From Candidatus Methylarchaceae archaeon HK02M2 (lineage in GTDB: Archaea; Thermoproteota; Nitrososphaeria; Nitrososphaerales; JACAEJ01): a DNA stretch of 64,000 nt. Under the pieces are notes generated by a model. It saw only the letters and a program-made list of their open reading frames with translations, did not search any database and was not told where the DNA came from. The stretch spans positions 8,045 through 72,044 of the forward strand of contig JAKLZG010000091.1 of assembly GCA_024256165.1 (NCBI GenBank). The letters are read 5' to 3'. Positions 8,601 through 17,437 of this stretch are shown here, piece by piece (within the stretch, counting starts at the first letter, position 1; every line of letters starts with the position of its first letter). The translations under genes and the position numbers were made by a program.

Positions 8601-10452
8601 GGAAAGTACTCATGTAAAATACAAACCTCCTCAAATCCGGATTATTGGCAATCCAGATGCCAGTGGAATTAACGATCCTCCTAATTTCACTATTGTGCCA
8701 TTTGGCAACCTTATCCGCGATGAATAATGGCATGTTATGTCCGAAGACCTCAGGGATGCTAGAATTGGTCATCGCCTTCAACATAACCACGATCATATTC
8801 TGCAATTCATTAACAACTCCTCGATCCTTATATAACATCGCTTCAACTGGCTCAACAGCCCCACCATAACACTGCTTAAACCTAACCAACACATCCTCCC
8901 TCAGATCATATTCAGGATATACTAATCGATCCATGAAGAGAACATTACTCCTAAGTCTTGGATCAGACCTAGCTTCAGAAAGTTGGATATACGTCTTTAG
9001 AAATGTCCTTTCTGGACTGATTCTGTTGCGTATAGCGCCACTTGCATATCCAGGTCTTCTTTTCTCAAGCTCAGGTATGATCATACGGAAGGCGGAATCG
9101 TATTCGATGAGGCTCCATGGAGTAGGTAGCTTTTCATAATTATAGATGCTCACATACTGAAGCAACATCCGATCTGTATTGGGGGCTTCATCTAAATCTT
9201 CTTGGGACAAAGGGTAGCTCCATATCTTCTCGTTTAGGCAGACAGGGATCAGATGGGTTTTAAAATCTCTAGCTACCGTATCCTTTGTAATTCCTAAAAG
9301 GAGGATACGATGTTTCCAACATTCCTCAACTAACATATAGAGGCTGAAGAGGGAAAGGAATGCCATGTCTAAAGTCGTAAGCCAGCACTTCGCTCCATCC
9401 TTCTCTACTTGCAATGGATTCCTAGAGGAGTCGGCCTCGAACAGCTGCCTGCCAACCGACTCAACCAAGCCCTTTACTCTATCCCATGAATTCTTATATT
9501 TGGAAGCTACCTTGTATATTCCTCTGTTCTCTTGGAGGTAACCCTCTTTTAATGATCGAGATATAAACCGCGTAACCCTTTTTCGCCTATCCTTAGAATC
9601 TATGCTCAATTCTGTACAGATCCCATCTAGATCAAGAGGCCCAATATTCTCCAATAGGTAGGCAACAGAGTATCGCAGATAGTCACCTCTGGGGGGTGGA
9701 AGGTGGAGAGCAGAATTCACTATCCTGTGCCTGTTATATGCCAAGTCGTTGATATCAACCTCAACACCGTCTACATCAAATCCAAGGATAGCGCAGGTGT
9801 TCCAAAGCCTTCTACGCCGAGTATCGTAGACAAGGCTACTCTGCATATTACTGAGGCTGCGGTCCATAAGTAGAATCCTGACTTTGCCCAAGGAATCCTT
9901 CGCCAGTTTATAGGCCAAATAGAACTCGCTGAAGGTCATTATCCAGTTGGCGATGGATGAGTTGTTGATCACCATCTCATCTGTCAGTGGTCTTGCAACC
10001 GTCAACCCTGCACCGCTGGCTAGTTCCATAAAGGCCTGTTCCGCTTCTACAACCTCGTTCACATACATGGGAACGCAACTTGAAATCCCAACCCCCTCCT
10101 TCGAGAACTGGGTTGTGGAATATTCTAGCTCCAGTTCACTGTCTCCAAACTCGATTGTTCCCTTTGATGCATAGGATCCACCAAAAAAGATAACTAGGTC
10201 AAACATGGGTCTAGTATACTCCGTACCATCCACTGCGGCGAAACCAACTTTCCTTGAATCGAAGAAAGTCTCAGCTGTTTTAGCCACATCTTTAAAGCTG
10301 AAATCCTTCTTAATCAAATCCTGGAGAAAACTATCATAGATGTCTTTGATAGAGTCAAACTTTCTCCTATAGTCTACTATCTGTTCTGAGGCACCTTTCC
10401 GAAGGATGTCGCCGGCCCGCTTGAATTGGGAACTAATAAAAGATCTCTCCAT
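8557..10452 (-). CDS. NurA-like nuclease, enlarged (631 aa) with internal insertion
   Basis: Ordered motifs FAAVDGT (D75), RILLMDRSL (D197), LLGITKDT (K390/D391) and PLFIADKVAKW (D580) follow the NurA pattern (a.DGS ... l.DGsL ... G.sK.s ... AD..a). Confidence 0.65.
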   Translation of the reverse strand: MERSFISSQFKRAGDILRKGASEQIVDYRRKFDSIKDIYDSFLQDLIKKDFSFKDVAKTAETFFDSRKVGFAAVDGTEYTRPMFDLVIFFGGSYASKGTIEFGDSELELEYSTTQFSKEGVGISSCVPMYVNEVVEAEQAFMELASGAGLTVARPLTDEMVINNSSIANWIMTFSEFYLAYKLAKDSLGKVRILLMDRSLSNMQSSLVYDTRRRRLWNTCAILGFDVDGVEVDINDLAYNRHRIVNSALHLPPPRGDYLRYSVAYLLENIGPLDLDGICTELSIDSKDRRKRVTRFISRSLKEGYLQENRGIYKVASKYKNSWDRVKGLVESVGRQLFEADSSRNPLQVEKDGAKCWLTTLDMAFLSLFSLYMLVEECWKHRILLLGITKDTVARDFKTHLIPVCLNEKIWSYPLSQEDLDEAPNTDRMLLQYVSIYNYEKLPTPWSLIEYDSAFRMIIPELEKRRPGYASGAIRNRISPERTFLKTYIQLSEARSDPRLRSNVLFMDRLVYPEYDLREDVLVRFKQCYGGAVEPVEAMLYKDRGVVNELQNMIVVMLKAMTNSSIPEVFGHNMPLFIADKVAKWHNSEIRRIVNSTGIWIANNPDLRRFVFYMSTFRERRSGLESGRRET

Positions 10453-10536
10453 CTTCCTTTCTATTTAAAGGAATACTTAAAAAGGCACTCTCTTATTTTA
10501 AGAAAAGTTTATGAAGATCATCTAAAATGAAATACA

Positions 10537-11103
10537 TTGATGGATCTTATCCAATGGATATTGCTGATTATTGTTGTATTAACCTTTGTCGGCCTAATAT
10601 TGTACTTTATTTTCATCTACAACAGATTCTATAGGCTTAGGAACTCTGCAGACGCAACATTAGGACAGATAAGGGTTGCCATGAAGAAAAGGCTCGATAT
10701 GATTGAACAATTGCTTAATTCTGTTAAAAGCTATGCCAAGTTTGAGCGAGAGGTTTTTGAGAAAGTAACAAATCTAAGAACAGAAGTCTTTAAAACAGGT
10801 GCCGCAGGACTGCAGGAGATCGATCGCGAGTCGAGAAAGATCCTTGGCAATATTGTTGCAGTGGCCGAGAACTACCCCGATCTGAAGACCTCAAGCACCG
10901 TAACCGATTTGATGGGAGCAGTTAAGTCGGTAGAGGACGAGATCGCAAGGCAGAGGTACACATACAACAATATAGTCCAAGAGTTTAATATACTCACTGA
11001 TACAGTCCCGTCTAACTTTGTTGCGAGGATTATAGGTATGATTAAATTAAATTATCTAAAGTTCGAAGAGGAGATAACGAGACCGCCAACGATAGAGTTC
11101 TGA
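10537..11103 (+). CDS. lemA: LemA family protein
   Basis: N-terminal TM helix, then [54 protein letters not shown], typical of LemA. Confidence 0.85.
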   Translation: MMDLIQWILLIIVVLTFVGLILYFIFIYNRFYRLRNSADATLGQIRVAMKKRLDMIEQLLNSVKSYAKFEREVFEKVTNLRTEVFKTGAAGLQEIDRESRKILGNIVAVAENYPDLKTSSTVTDLMGAVKSVEDEIARQRYTYNNIVQEFNILTDTVPSNFVARIIGMIKLNYLKFEEEITRPPTIEF

Positions 11104-11111
11104 GAATATCA

Positions 11112-12932
11112 ATGTTAGAAAAAAAACAGATAGCAACCCTTTTTTTTCTAACTATTTTCATTGGGGTTGCAGGATTTGTTATTATAGACTACTTATCACA
11201 GTCTTTGTTTATTGAAGAGGTTGTGGTTGATGAATACCAAGCCACTCTGTACCTTAACGGGACTCTCGTAGAAAGATACACATACAATATTGGAGTATCC
11301 AATAAGTATCGTATGCTTTACAGGTTTTGGGAGGCGCCTCTTTCATTCAGTGACTTGGACGAACCGTACATAGAAGTACTCAAAGTGAATGAGCCGGATG
11401 GTACAATCTCATATGCAAAGGATCATCTTGGTAATGTTCAGATTTTCACTGAAGGGGGAGACCAAAATTATAATACCATCAGTTGGTTAGCCGAGGAAAA
11501 TGAAGCAGGGGTATTCAATCCTTATTATTTTAGTTCAGGAACCTATTCTGTGGAATATGTTTTCAAATTACATCCGCCAATAGAGTACGACAGCGAGTTA
11601 TGCCATCTTAATATCAAGCTAGCTTCAAACCACTTACCATACCGAAAAGTGATTCTCACTATAGAAAACGCAGGGTACATCGAGGCACTTTATCCTCACC
11701 CACCCTTGATGCAGGTATCTAATTTGAATGATAAAAAGATTATCCAAGGAAGTGCTGCAAAGGATGAACTTATAGAGATAGAAATGCTATTGGACAGAGA
11801 TGCCATTACTCTTATAGATGGTTTCTCACACGAAATCAATGATGTCAGATCAACGACCGTCAACGCTAACTTTTGGTACTCTCTCCAGTACGATCTCGCT
11901 TTGGCATTAGGGTATGCATCTCTACTTTTGGTCTTTATAATCCCTCTCATATTAGTTATAATCTACTTTTATTTTGGTAGAGAAAAGGATTTTGTAGTAC
12001 CTGAATATCTTAGTACAATACCCAATCGGTTAAGAAAATCGTGGATGGTTAACTTATTGTTCAAAAAAGATGCTTTGGACTTCGATGAAGATGGTTTCTA
12101 CGCTACCCTCTTGGATCTACACTTGAAGGGTAAGATTAAAATAAATACTAAAAATGAAGGTTTGACGATTCAAGTTATAGACTCAAGGAGCGATGATAGA
12201 TACGAACATCAAGTTCTGAGGTTCCTTGAGAGTAAATCGAGAGATGGCGTTTTCGAAACAGATTATGTCGAAAGACTCCTAGAAGATCAGAAAAAATCCT
12301 CTAGTGTTGATCCAGAACTCCTTTCAATCAAGGATGAATTGAAGAGTTTGACCAAATTTATTGATAAGAGAACAGCTTCAGAGTTTACGGTCAGTGGAAG
12401 GGGAAGAGTAGCCCGTCTTCTTTTGGTACCTGCTAGTATTCTGTTAGCATCGCTAATTCTGATGCTTTCTGCTCCTTCTGTCTCGTATCTATTAACAGAA
12501 CCGCTTGCCCTATCCGCAGTTGGAGTGATACAGGTAATCGTTGCAGTTATTTTCCCATCGACCCTCTTCGGTAAATGGAAGGGAGATTATTACAAGGAGA
12601 AACTGGAGTGGGACTCTTTCAGGAATTTCCTCTCAGACCTTGCCCAGATAAAGAAGTATGCAACCGAGGATCTATCTATGTGGGGAGAATGGCTGGTATA
12701 CGGAACAGCATTGGGCGTTGGCCAGAAGGTGGCGAATGCTATGAAAGCGCTCAAGATCAACATTCCGGAAGTAGCTATGTTGAGCTATGTCCCTATCTAC
12801 TTCCACCCTGTAATATCGACACCAATACAAACTAGTGGTGGAGGTGTGGGTGGATTCGGTGGAGGTGGATTCGGTGGAGGTGGTGGATTTGGCGGAGGAG
12901 GGGGAGGAGCACGTTTTTCGCCTTTGATTTAA
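11112..12932 (+). CDS. DUF2207-type membrane protein with glycine-rich C-terminal tail
   Basis: 606 aa. N-terminal TM, large extracytoplasmic region, TM cluster, then a C-terminal SGGGVGGFGGGGFGGGGGFGGGGGG tail. The LemA + DUF2207 adjacency is a well-known conserved pair. Confidence 0.7.
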   Translation: MLEKKQIATLFFLTIFIGVAGFVIIDYLSQSLFIEEVVVDEYQATLYLNGTLVERYTYNIGVSNKYRMLYRFWEAPLSFSDLDEPYIEVLKVNEPDGTISYAKDHLGNVQIFTEGGDQNYNTISWLAEENEAGVFNPYYFSSGTYSVEYVFKLHPPIEYDSELCHLNIKLASNHLPYRKVILTIENAGYIEALYPHPPLMQVSNLNDKKIIQGSAAKDELIEIEMLLDRDAITLIDGFSHEINDVRSTTVNANFWYSLQYDLALALGYASLLLVFIIPLILVIIYFYFGREKDFVVPEYLSTIPNRLRKSWMVNLLFKKDALDFDEDGFYATLLDLHLKGKIKINTKNEGLTIQVIDSRSDDRYEHQVLRFLESKSRDGVFETDYVERLLEDQKKSSSVDPELLSIKDELKSLTKFIDKRTASEFTVSGRGRVARLLLVPASILLASLILMLSAPSVSYLLTEPLALSAVGVIQVIVAVIFPSTLFGKWKGDYYKEKLEWDSFRNFLSDLAQIKKYATEDLSMWGEWLVYGTALGVGQKVANAMKALKINIPEVAMLSYVPIYFHPVISTPIQTSGGGVGGFGGGGFGGGGGFGGGGGGARFSPLI

Positions 12933-13017
12933 TATTTACGTGGTAGGAGGACCAATCTTTGAAGGTCTTGGAACAGGATTTTGTTTTCTCCAAACCTTCA
13001 AATGTTAACAAGTAACT

Positions 13018-13338
13018 TTATTCTTTTCTTTCAACAATTATTTTGCAATTTGTAGCTAAAGCAGTTATAGCACCTAAAGCAGCGAGCCAAGGAGCAAGCA
13101 GAACGCCGATAACTCCGACAGTAGCAGGTATTTCAAGCAATACCTTCCCTTTGTCATCCTTAACAATTATCCTATTGACATTTCCCTCATGAAGTAACTC
13201 CTTAACCTTTTCAATAAGGTTGTCAGAGGAAACCGACATTTCCTCTATAACCACTTTAGTAACTGGGGAACCACAAGTAGGACAGAATTTATCGTCTTCT
13301 TTTAACTTTATTCCGCATTTACTACAATAAGGCAGAAT
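13018..13338 (-). CDS. zinc-ribbon + DUF4342-like small membrane-associated protein (start uncertain)
   Basis: The C-terminal part NRIIVKDDKGKVLLEIPATVGVIGVLLAPWLAALGAITAL is DUF4342-like. An in-frame upstream stretch reads LPYCSKCGIKLKEDDKFCPTCGSP (CxxC...CxxC). There is no ATG/GTG/TTG upstream of the ribbon. An in-frame ATT at 13338 lies 4 nt after GGTGA. The conservative GTG start is 13254. Confidence 0.55.
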   Translation of the reverse strand: MLPYCSKCGIKLKEDDKFCPTCGSPVTKVVIEEMSVSSDNLIEKVKELLHEGNVNRIIVKDDKGKVLLEIPATVGVIGVLLAPWLAALGAITALATNCKIIVERKE

Positions 13339-13602
13339 TTTTTCACCTATATAAAGTAAAATGAATTTTATATAAAAAAATTCTTATTACGTTATCTTGT
13401 AAACGAACATGGGTTTTGCAAGGAAATTTATCATTATTTTCAAAATAATATTAAATTTTATAATTCTACCTATAAGTTTGATCCTATCCTTTAACTTACA
13501 ACCAAAGTATGTTCCTTTTCCATAAGATGGATAAGGACCACAATAAATTCCACATGAAGACACTAAGTTTATTATCCTATCCCTTATAATCAATCTTTTG
13601 TA

Positions 13603-14448
13603 TTGGAAAAAAAAATAAAAATTTATTCGTCAAATATGGAGTCGGAAATGCTTAAAGTTCCAAAAGAATCTAAAGAAGCGGTAAAGGTAGAAAAAGCGAT
13701 AGAAGAAGCCCAAGAAGAGACAAAAGTGATAGCGATACTTCCTTCTAAAAATGAAGATAAAACTATAGGTCAATGTATAGAGACGGTAAAGAAGAGTAAG
13801 TACCATCCAACTGTAATAGTAGCAGATGGTCATTCTACAGACAAAACTAGGGATATAGCAGAAGAAGCTGGAGTTAAGGTCGTTATATCTCCTAGAAGGA
13901 TACACCCTGGCAAGGGTCTAGCCATGAAGACTGGCCTACAAGCGGCTTTGAAGGAAAACCCTGACATAGTTCTTTTTATGGACGCTGACCTAGAAAACCT
14001 TACGAGTGAATGGGTCGATAAGCTTGTAGACGGCATCATCGTAGACGGATTCGATATGACCCGAGGCTCTTACTACAGGGCCCCTAGAGATGCTGCCGTA
14101 ACAAAACTTGTAGCAAAAAGACTCCTTTGGGTATTCTTCCCAGAAATTTCCCACTTCGATCAACCTTTAACTGGAGAGGTAGCAGCTAAGACACAGGTAT
14201 GGCAGGAAATGTTAAATGGAAAATTACCCGACGGCTGGGGAATTGATGTTACAATGTTAATAGAAACGGAGATGATGGGTTACAGGATAAAGGAAGTGTA
14301 CCTTGGCTACAAGCAACATAGGTCTTATAGGCGATATAGTGAAGATCCAGGAAAGCTTGGGAGGATGGCAGAGCAGGTGGCTATCGCAATTCTCAAGCTC
14401 GCAAAGAAGCATGGAAGAATCGACAATATTGACAATATTCATTGCTAG
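13603..14448 (+). CDS. family-2 glycosyltransferase, glucosyl/mannosyl-3-phosphoglycerate-synthase-like
   Basis: IAILPSKNEDKTIGQCI...VIVADGHSTDKTRDIAEEAG...HPGKGLAM...VLFMDADLE (the DxD motif). The ORF-track start is TTG; an ATG at 13636 is an equally plausible start. Confidence 0.75.
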   Translation: MEKKIKIYSSNMESEMLKVPKESKEAVKVEKAIEEAQEETKVIAILPSKNEDKTIGQCIETVKKSKYHPTVIVADGHSTDKTRDIAEEAGVKVVISPRRIHPGKGLAMKTGLQAALKENPDIVLFMDADLENLTSEWVDKLVDGIIVDGFDMTRGSYYRAPRDAAVTKLVAKRLLWVFFPEISHFDQPLTGEVAAKTQVWQEMLNGKLPDGWGIDVTMLIETEMMGYRIKEVYLGYKQHRSYRRYSEDPGKLGRMAEQVAIAILKLAKKHGRIDNIDNIHC

Positions 14449-14596
14449 CAAGATAAAAGATGTTGATTGATACTTAATCGATATTAGATAGCTAACTAAT
14501 TTTCTACCATAAAAAAGTAGGGGAAATTATTATTCATTTAAGAGCCATTTAAATGAATATAATTTTTTTATATACCTTTAATTTTATTTTCTCGAT

Positions 14597-15184
14597 ATGA
14601 AGATACTTCCTGAAATAAAGAGACGTAAAAGTGCCCTCGTTTTCAAGGAAGAAGATGTAGAAAAGGAAAAGATCGATGCAATTATTGAAGCTGCGAGGTG
14701 GGCACCCTCCTGTGCTAACAATCAGTCTTGGAATTACGTTTTTGTGCATAAAACTGATTCGACACGTAAAAATCTAGAAGATGCATTATCAATCGGTAAT
14801 GGATGGGCGAAGAAGGCCCCATACTTAGTTGCTGTTGGGGCTGATCCTGATAAAGATTGTAAAAACAACGATATTCCGTATTACGCGTATGATGCAGGAT
14901 TGAGTGTGATGAACCTTACAATAGAAGCTGAACACCAAGGACTTCGTGTCCATCAGATGGCTGGTTGGAAAGAAGAAAAAGTAAAGAAAGCTTTGGAATA
15001 TCCTGGTAAATACAGAGTTATTGTGGTTTTTGCTATAGGATACGAGTCGGATGTAAAGGAAATCTGGGATCGATTAGAAGAAAAGATTAAAGACAAACTA
15101 GCTAAGCCAAGGAAAAGAAAACCTTTAAGCGATAATTTCTTTTTTGTCTCCTTTGGTAAAGTTGGTTATAATGCGGGCGCATAA
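14597..15184 (+). CDS. nitroreductase family protein
   Basis: IIEAARWAPSCANNQSWNYVFV and the following layout are typical of the nitroreductase fold. Confidence 0.8.
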   Translation: MKILPEIKRRKSALVFKEEDVEKEKIDAIIEAARWAPSCANNQSWNYVFVHKTDSTRKNLEDALSIGNGWAKKAPYLVAVGADPDKDCKNNDIPYYAYDAGLSVMNLTIEAEHQGLRVHQMAGWKEEKVKKALEYPGKYRVIVVFAIGYESDVKEIWDRLEEKIKDKLAKPRKRKPLSDNFFFVSFGKVGYNAGA

Positions 15185-15248
15185 AAAAGCCTTTAGGGAT
15201 TTCTACACCTATTATAAAGAAAATTGCTTTTTAAATGCAAATATTCTT

Positions 15249-15998
15249 CTAACTCAAGCCATCTAAGAAAGCTCGGACGTTACTTCCAAGGACTTTATGG
15301 TTGTAACCTCCTTCTAAGACAGCGTAGACCCGTCCTTCACATTTTTTTCCAGCATTCTCCTTAAGAATTTCACCTATTATTCTATAATCTTGAGTGCTTA
15401 GCAAACCTCCCCAATCTTCCTGATGCCTATCAAACCCGGCTGAGACAGATATTATATCGTAATTTTTTTCTGATCTGAGAAAATCGTTTAAGGCTTCCAA
15501 ACTTTTGTTAAAGGGTAAATGGAAATATTTTACATTATTAACTGTGCGAAATATATTGTCCGTTCCATCCCCAAAGTGCAAATCAAAGTCAACAATTACT
15601 ACGTTTTTTATAATCTCATATTGAATTAATTTTTGAACAGATATTGCTAAATTATTAAAATAGCAGAATCCCCAGCTTGAATCTCTACTTGCATGATGTC
15701 CAGGTGGCCTTATTAGTCCAAAAGCAGGCTCTCCACTCATAGTTATCTCAGCAGCCTTTATAGCGCCTCCAACTGCTAATAAGGCAACTTCATAGATAGT
15801 TTTTTGGCTTTTTACGAATCGTATATGTTTAGATGAATGTATCGAGCTTAAATTTTCATCAGTTGCAGGTATCGCACTGATGAAATCATATCGATCTTTA
15901 ATAGCTTCACGGATGCTCTCAATTCTACCAGATTCAGCAGCAGGGTCGTGTGTATAAACCTCGCAGTAACGCTCATGGTAAACTACCTTCATAGCCAT
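15249..15998 (-). CDS. histone deacetylase / acetoin-utilisation (AcuC)-family amidohydrolase, short form
   Basis: RPPGHHA, DFDLHFGDGT and LEGGYN motifs in the canonical order. Only 249 aa. Confidence 0.8.
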   Translation of the reverse strand: MAMKVVYHERYCEVYTHDPAAESGRIESIREAIKDRYDFISAIPATDENLSSIHSSKHIRFVKSQKTIYEVALLAVGGAIKAAEITMSGEPAFGLIRPPGHHASRDSSWGFCYFNNLAISVQKLIQYEIIKNVVIVDFDLHFGDGTDNIFRTVNNVKYFHLPFNKSLEALNDFLRSEKNYDIISVSAGFDRHQEDWGGLLSTQDYRIIGEILKENAGKKCEGRVYAVLEGGYNHKVLGSNVRAFLDGLS

Positions 15999-16136
15999 TA
16001 TTCACAATTATAAAATGACGATATTGTACAATTTATATGATTTTGACATCGTTAAAATATAAGATAATTTATCGACAGTTCAATCAAACGGAACTTAATA
16101 TTTCTAAAATATCTTTGTTCTTTTGTAAAAATAAAG

Positions 16137-16211
16137 TGGACCGGACGGGATTCGAACCCGTGATCTCCGCCTTGCGAAGACGGCGTCACTACCAGACTGG
16201 ACTACCGGCCC
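16137..16211 (-). tRNA. tRNA-Ala (anticodon CGC), no intron
   Basis: Hand-folded cloverleaf. Acceptor GGGCCGG/CCGGTCC with the G3:U70 alanine identity pair. Anticodon arm CCGTC-TTCGCAA-GGCGG. T-arm ACGGG-TTCGAAT-CCCGT. Discriminator A. CCA is not encoded. Confidence 0.9.
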
Positions 16212-16240
16212 GAATTTAATAAATATTGTTAGATTAATAA

Positions 16241-16330
16241 TGGCTTCCTTGGCGCACAGCGCTTATATCGTCATCCCGAAATAGGTCAGTTCGCCCGTCG
16301 AACGAACGCTGAACGCCATTAAGACCAAAT
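16241..16330. ncRNA. GC-rich structured patch, candidate small RNA or leader (unassigned)
   Basis: A clearly GC-richer island in an otherwise AT-rich spacer. Local hairpins are GGCGC-aca-GCGCT and GTTCG-cccgt-CGAAC, with a possible closing helix AATGGC...GCCATT. Confidence 0.2.
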
Positions 16331-16546
16331 AAGATATTCCTCAAGTATCTATTAATTGTTTTTCAAGAAACATATAGTTGGTGGATATTGATATTATTTT
16401 AATAAAATGTTCTTTTTGTAATGCTTTGAAAAAAGCCTTTTGATAATAGTTTTACTTCAATATTTAAGACTAATTAATATATATAGATTATATAGTGAAA
16501 TAGAGATAAAATAGAATATTGAGGTAAGAGATATATTTCTACTCTT

Positions 16547-17386
16547 TTGAAGATGCCTCAGAGGTTTAATTTGCAACGCAATGCGATAATAGCTGTATTG
16601 GCTATTGTGGTTATAGGTGTCGTTGCATATCAACTATCACAGGTACCAAGAGGATTAATTTGCGCAGGATCAACAACAGTACTGCCGATAACTCAAGAAT
16701 GCGCCCGCCTCTTTATGGAAAAAAATCCAGATGCAAGAATCTCAGTAAGTGGAGGAGGCTCAGGTACGGGAATACAGCAGGTTGGAGACGGTTACATAGA
16801 CATAGGAGCAGCTTCTAGAGACTTGAAGATATCTGAGATAACTAAATGGCCAGACTTGCAAACAGTTGCTATCGGAAAAGACACTATAGTGATTATTGTT
16901 CATCCAAACAATTCAATAGATGATCTAACATTAGAACAAATCGCGAAAATCTTCGCTGGAGAAATAACTGATTGGAGCGAAGTTTTAGGCAATAACGCCC
17001 CGATTAATTTGATTACAAGAGAAGAAGGTTCTGGTACAAGGGGTATATTTGAAGAAATTGTTATGGAGCCCTTTGAAAAAGAGATAGCTGGAGAAGCTTT
17101 AGTTAAACTATATAACGGTGAAGTGAGGGCAGCTGTTGCAACAGACGAGAATGCTATATCATATCTCTCACTAGGATACCTAGATACCACGGTAAAAGGA
17201 ATTACGATAGACGGTGTCGAGGCTAATATTGAGAACATCCTTTCCGAGGATTTTCCAATAATCAGAACTCTTTGGCTAATAACAAAAGGTACGCCTAGTT
17301 CATTGGAACAAGATTTTCTTGATTTTATCCTGAGTGATGAGGGACAGGAAGTTGTAGAAGAATTCGGATATATCAAGGTGAAATAA
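16547..17386 (+). CDS. pstS: phosphate ABC transporter substrate-binding protein
   Basis: N-terminal TM/signal anchor, then GSTTVLPITQECARLFMEKNPDARISVSGGGSGTGIQQV. TTG start at 16547 or ATG at 16553. Confidence 0.9.
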   Translation: MKMPQRFNLQRNAIIAVLAIVVIGVVAYQLSQVPRGLICAGSTTVLPITQECARLFMEKNPDARISVSGGGSGTGIQQVGDGYIDIGAASRDLKISEITKWPDLQTVAIGKDTIVIIVHPNNSIDDLTLEQIAKIFAGEITDWSEVLGNNAPINLITREEGSGTRGIFEEIVMEPFEKEIAGEALVKLYNGEVRAAVATDENAISYLSLGYLDTTVKGITIDGVEANIENILSEDFPIIRTLWLITKGTPSSLEQDFLDFILSDEGQEVVEEFGYIKVK

Positions 17387-17437
17387 AATTTCTAACCTCT
17401 TTTTAAAGAAATAGGTGTTTGTTCAAGGTGAAGAAAA

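Noticed and set aside
6720-12932. Apparent higher GC (hand samples 40-55%) of the nurA/herA-like and lemA/DUF2207 block, as evidence for horizontal transfer.
   Set aside because: Hand-counted samples of clearly native conserved genes (ppdK ~45%, the ABC genes ~42%) overlap this range. Composition alone is not decisive without a computed profile.
13387-13593. 68-aa ORF with SCGIYCGPYPSYGKGTYFGC, faintly DUF3795-like.
   Set aside because: It has a TTG start, and the rest of the ORF is an AT-rich low-complexity tail. At best it is a decayed fragment, which is too weak to call.
16037-16219. 60-aa plus-strand ORF.
   Set aside because: It runs straight through the minus-strand tRNA-Ala gene. The ORF is a by-product of the GC-rich tRNA sequence.
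16241-16330. Tried to fold the GC-rich patch as a tRNA half, a permuted tRNA, or a C/D-box sRNA (the minus strand has CTGA ... GGATGACG).
   Set aside because: No T-arm or acceptor complementarity, and the box order and spacing do not fit a C/D sRNA. I kept it only as an unassigned structured-RNA candidate.
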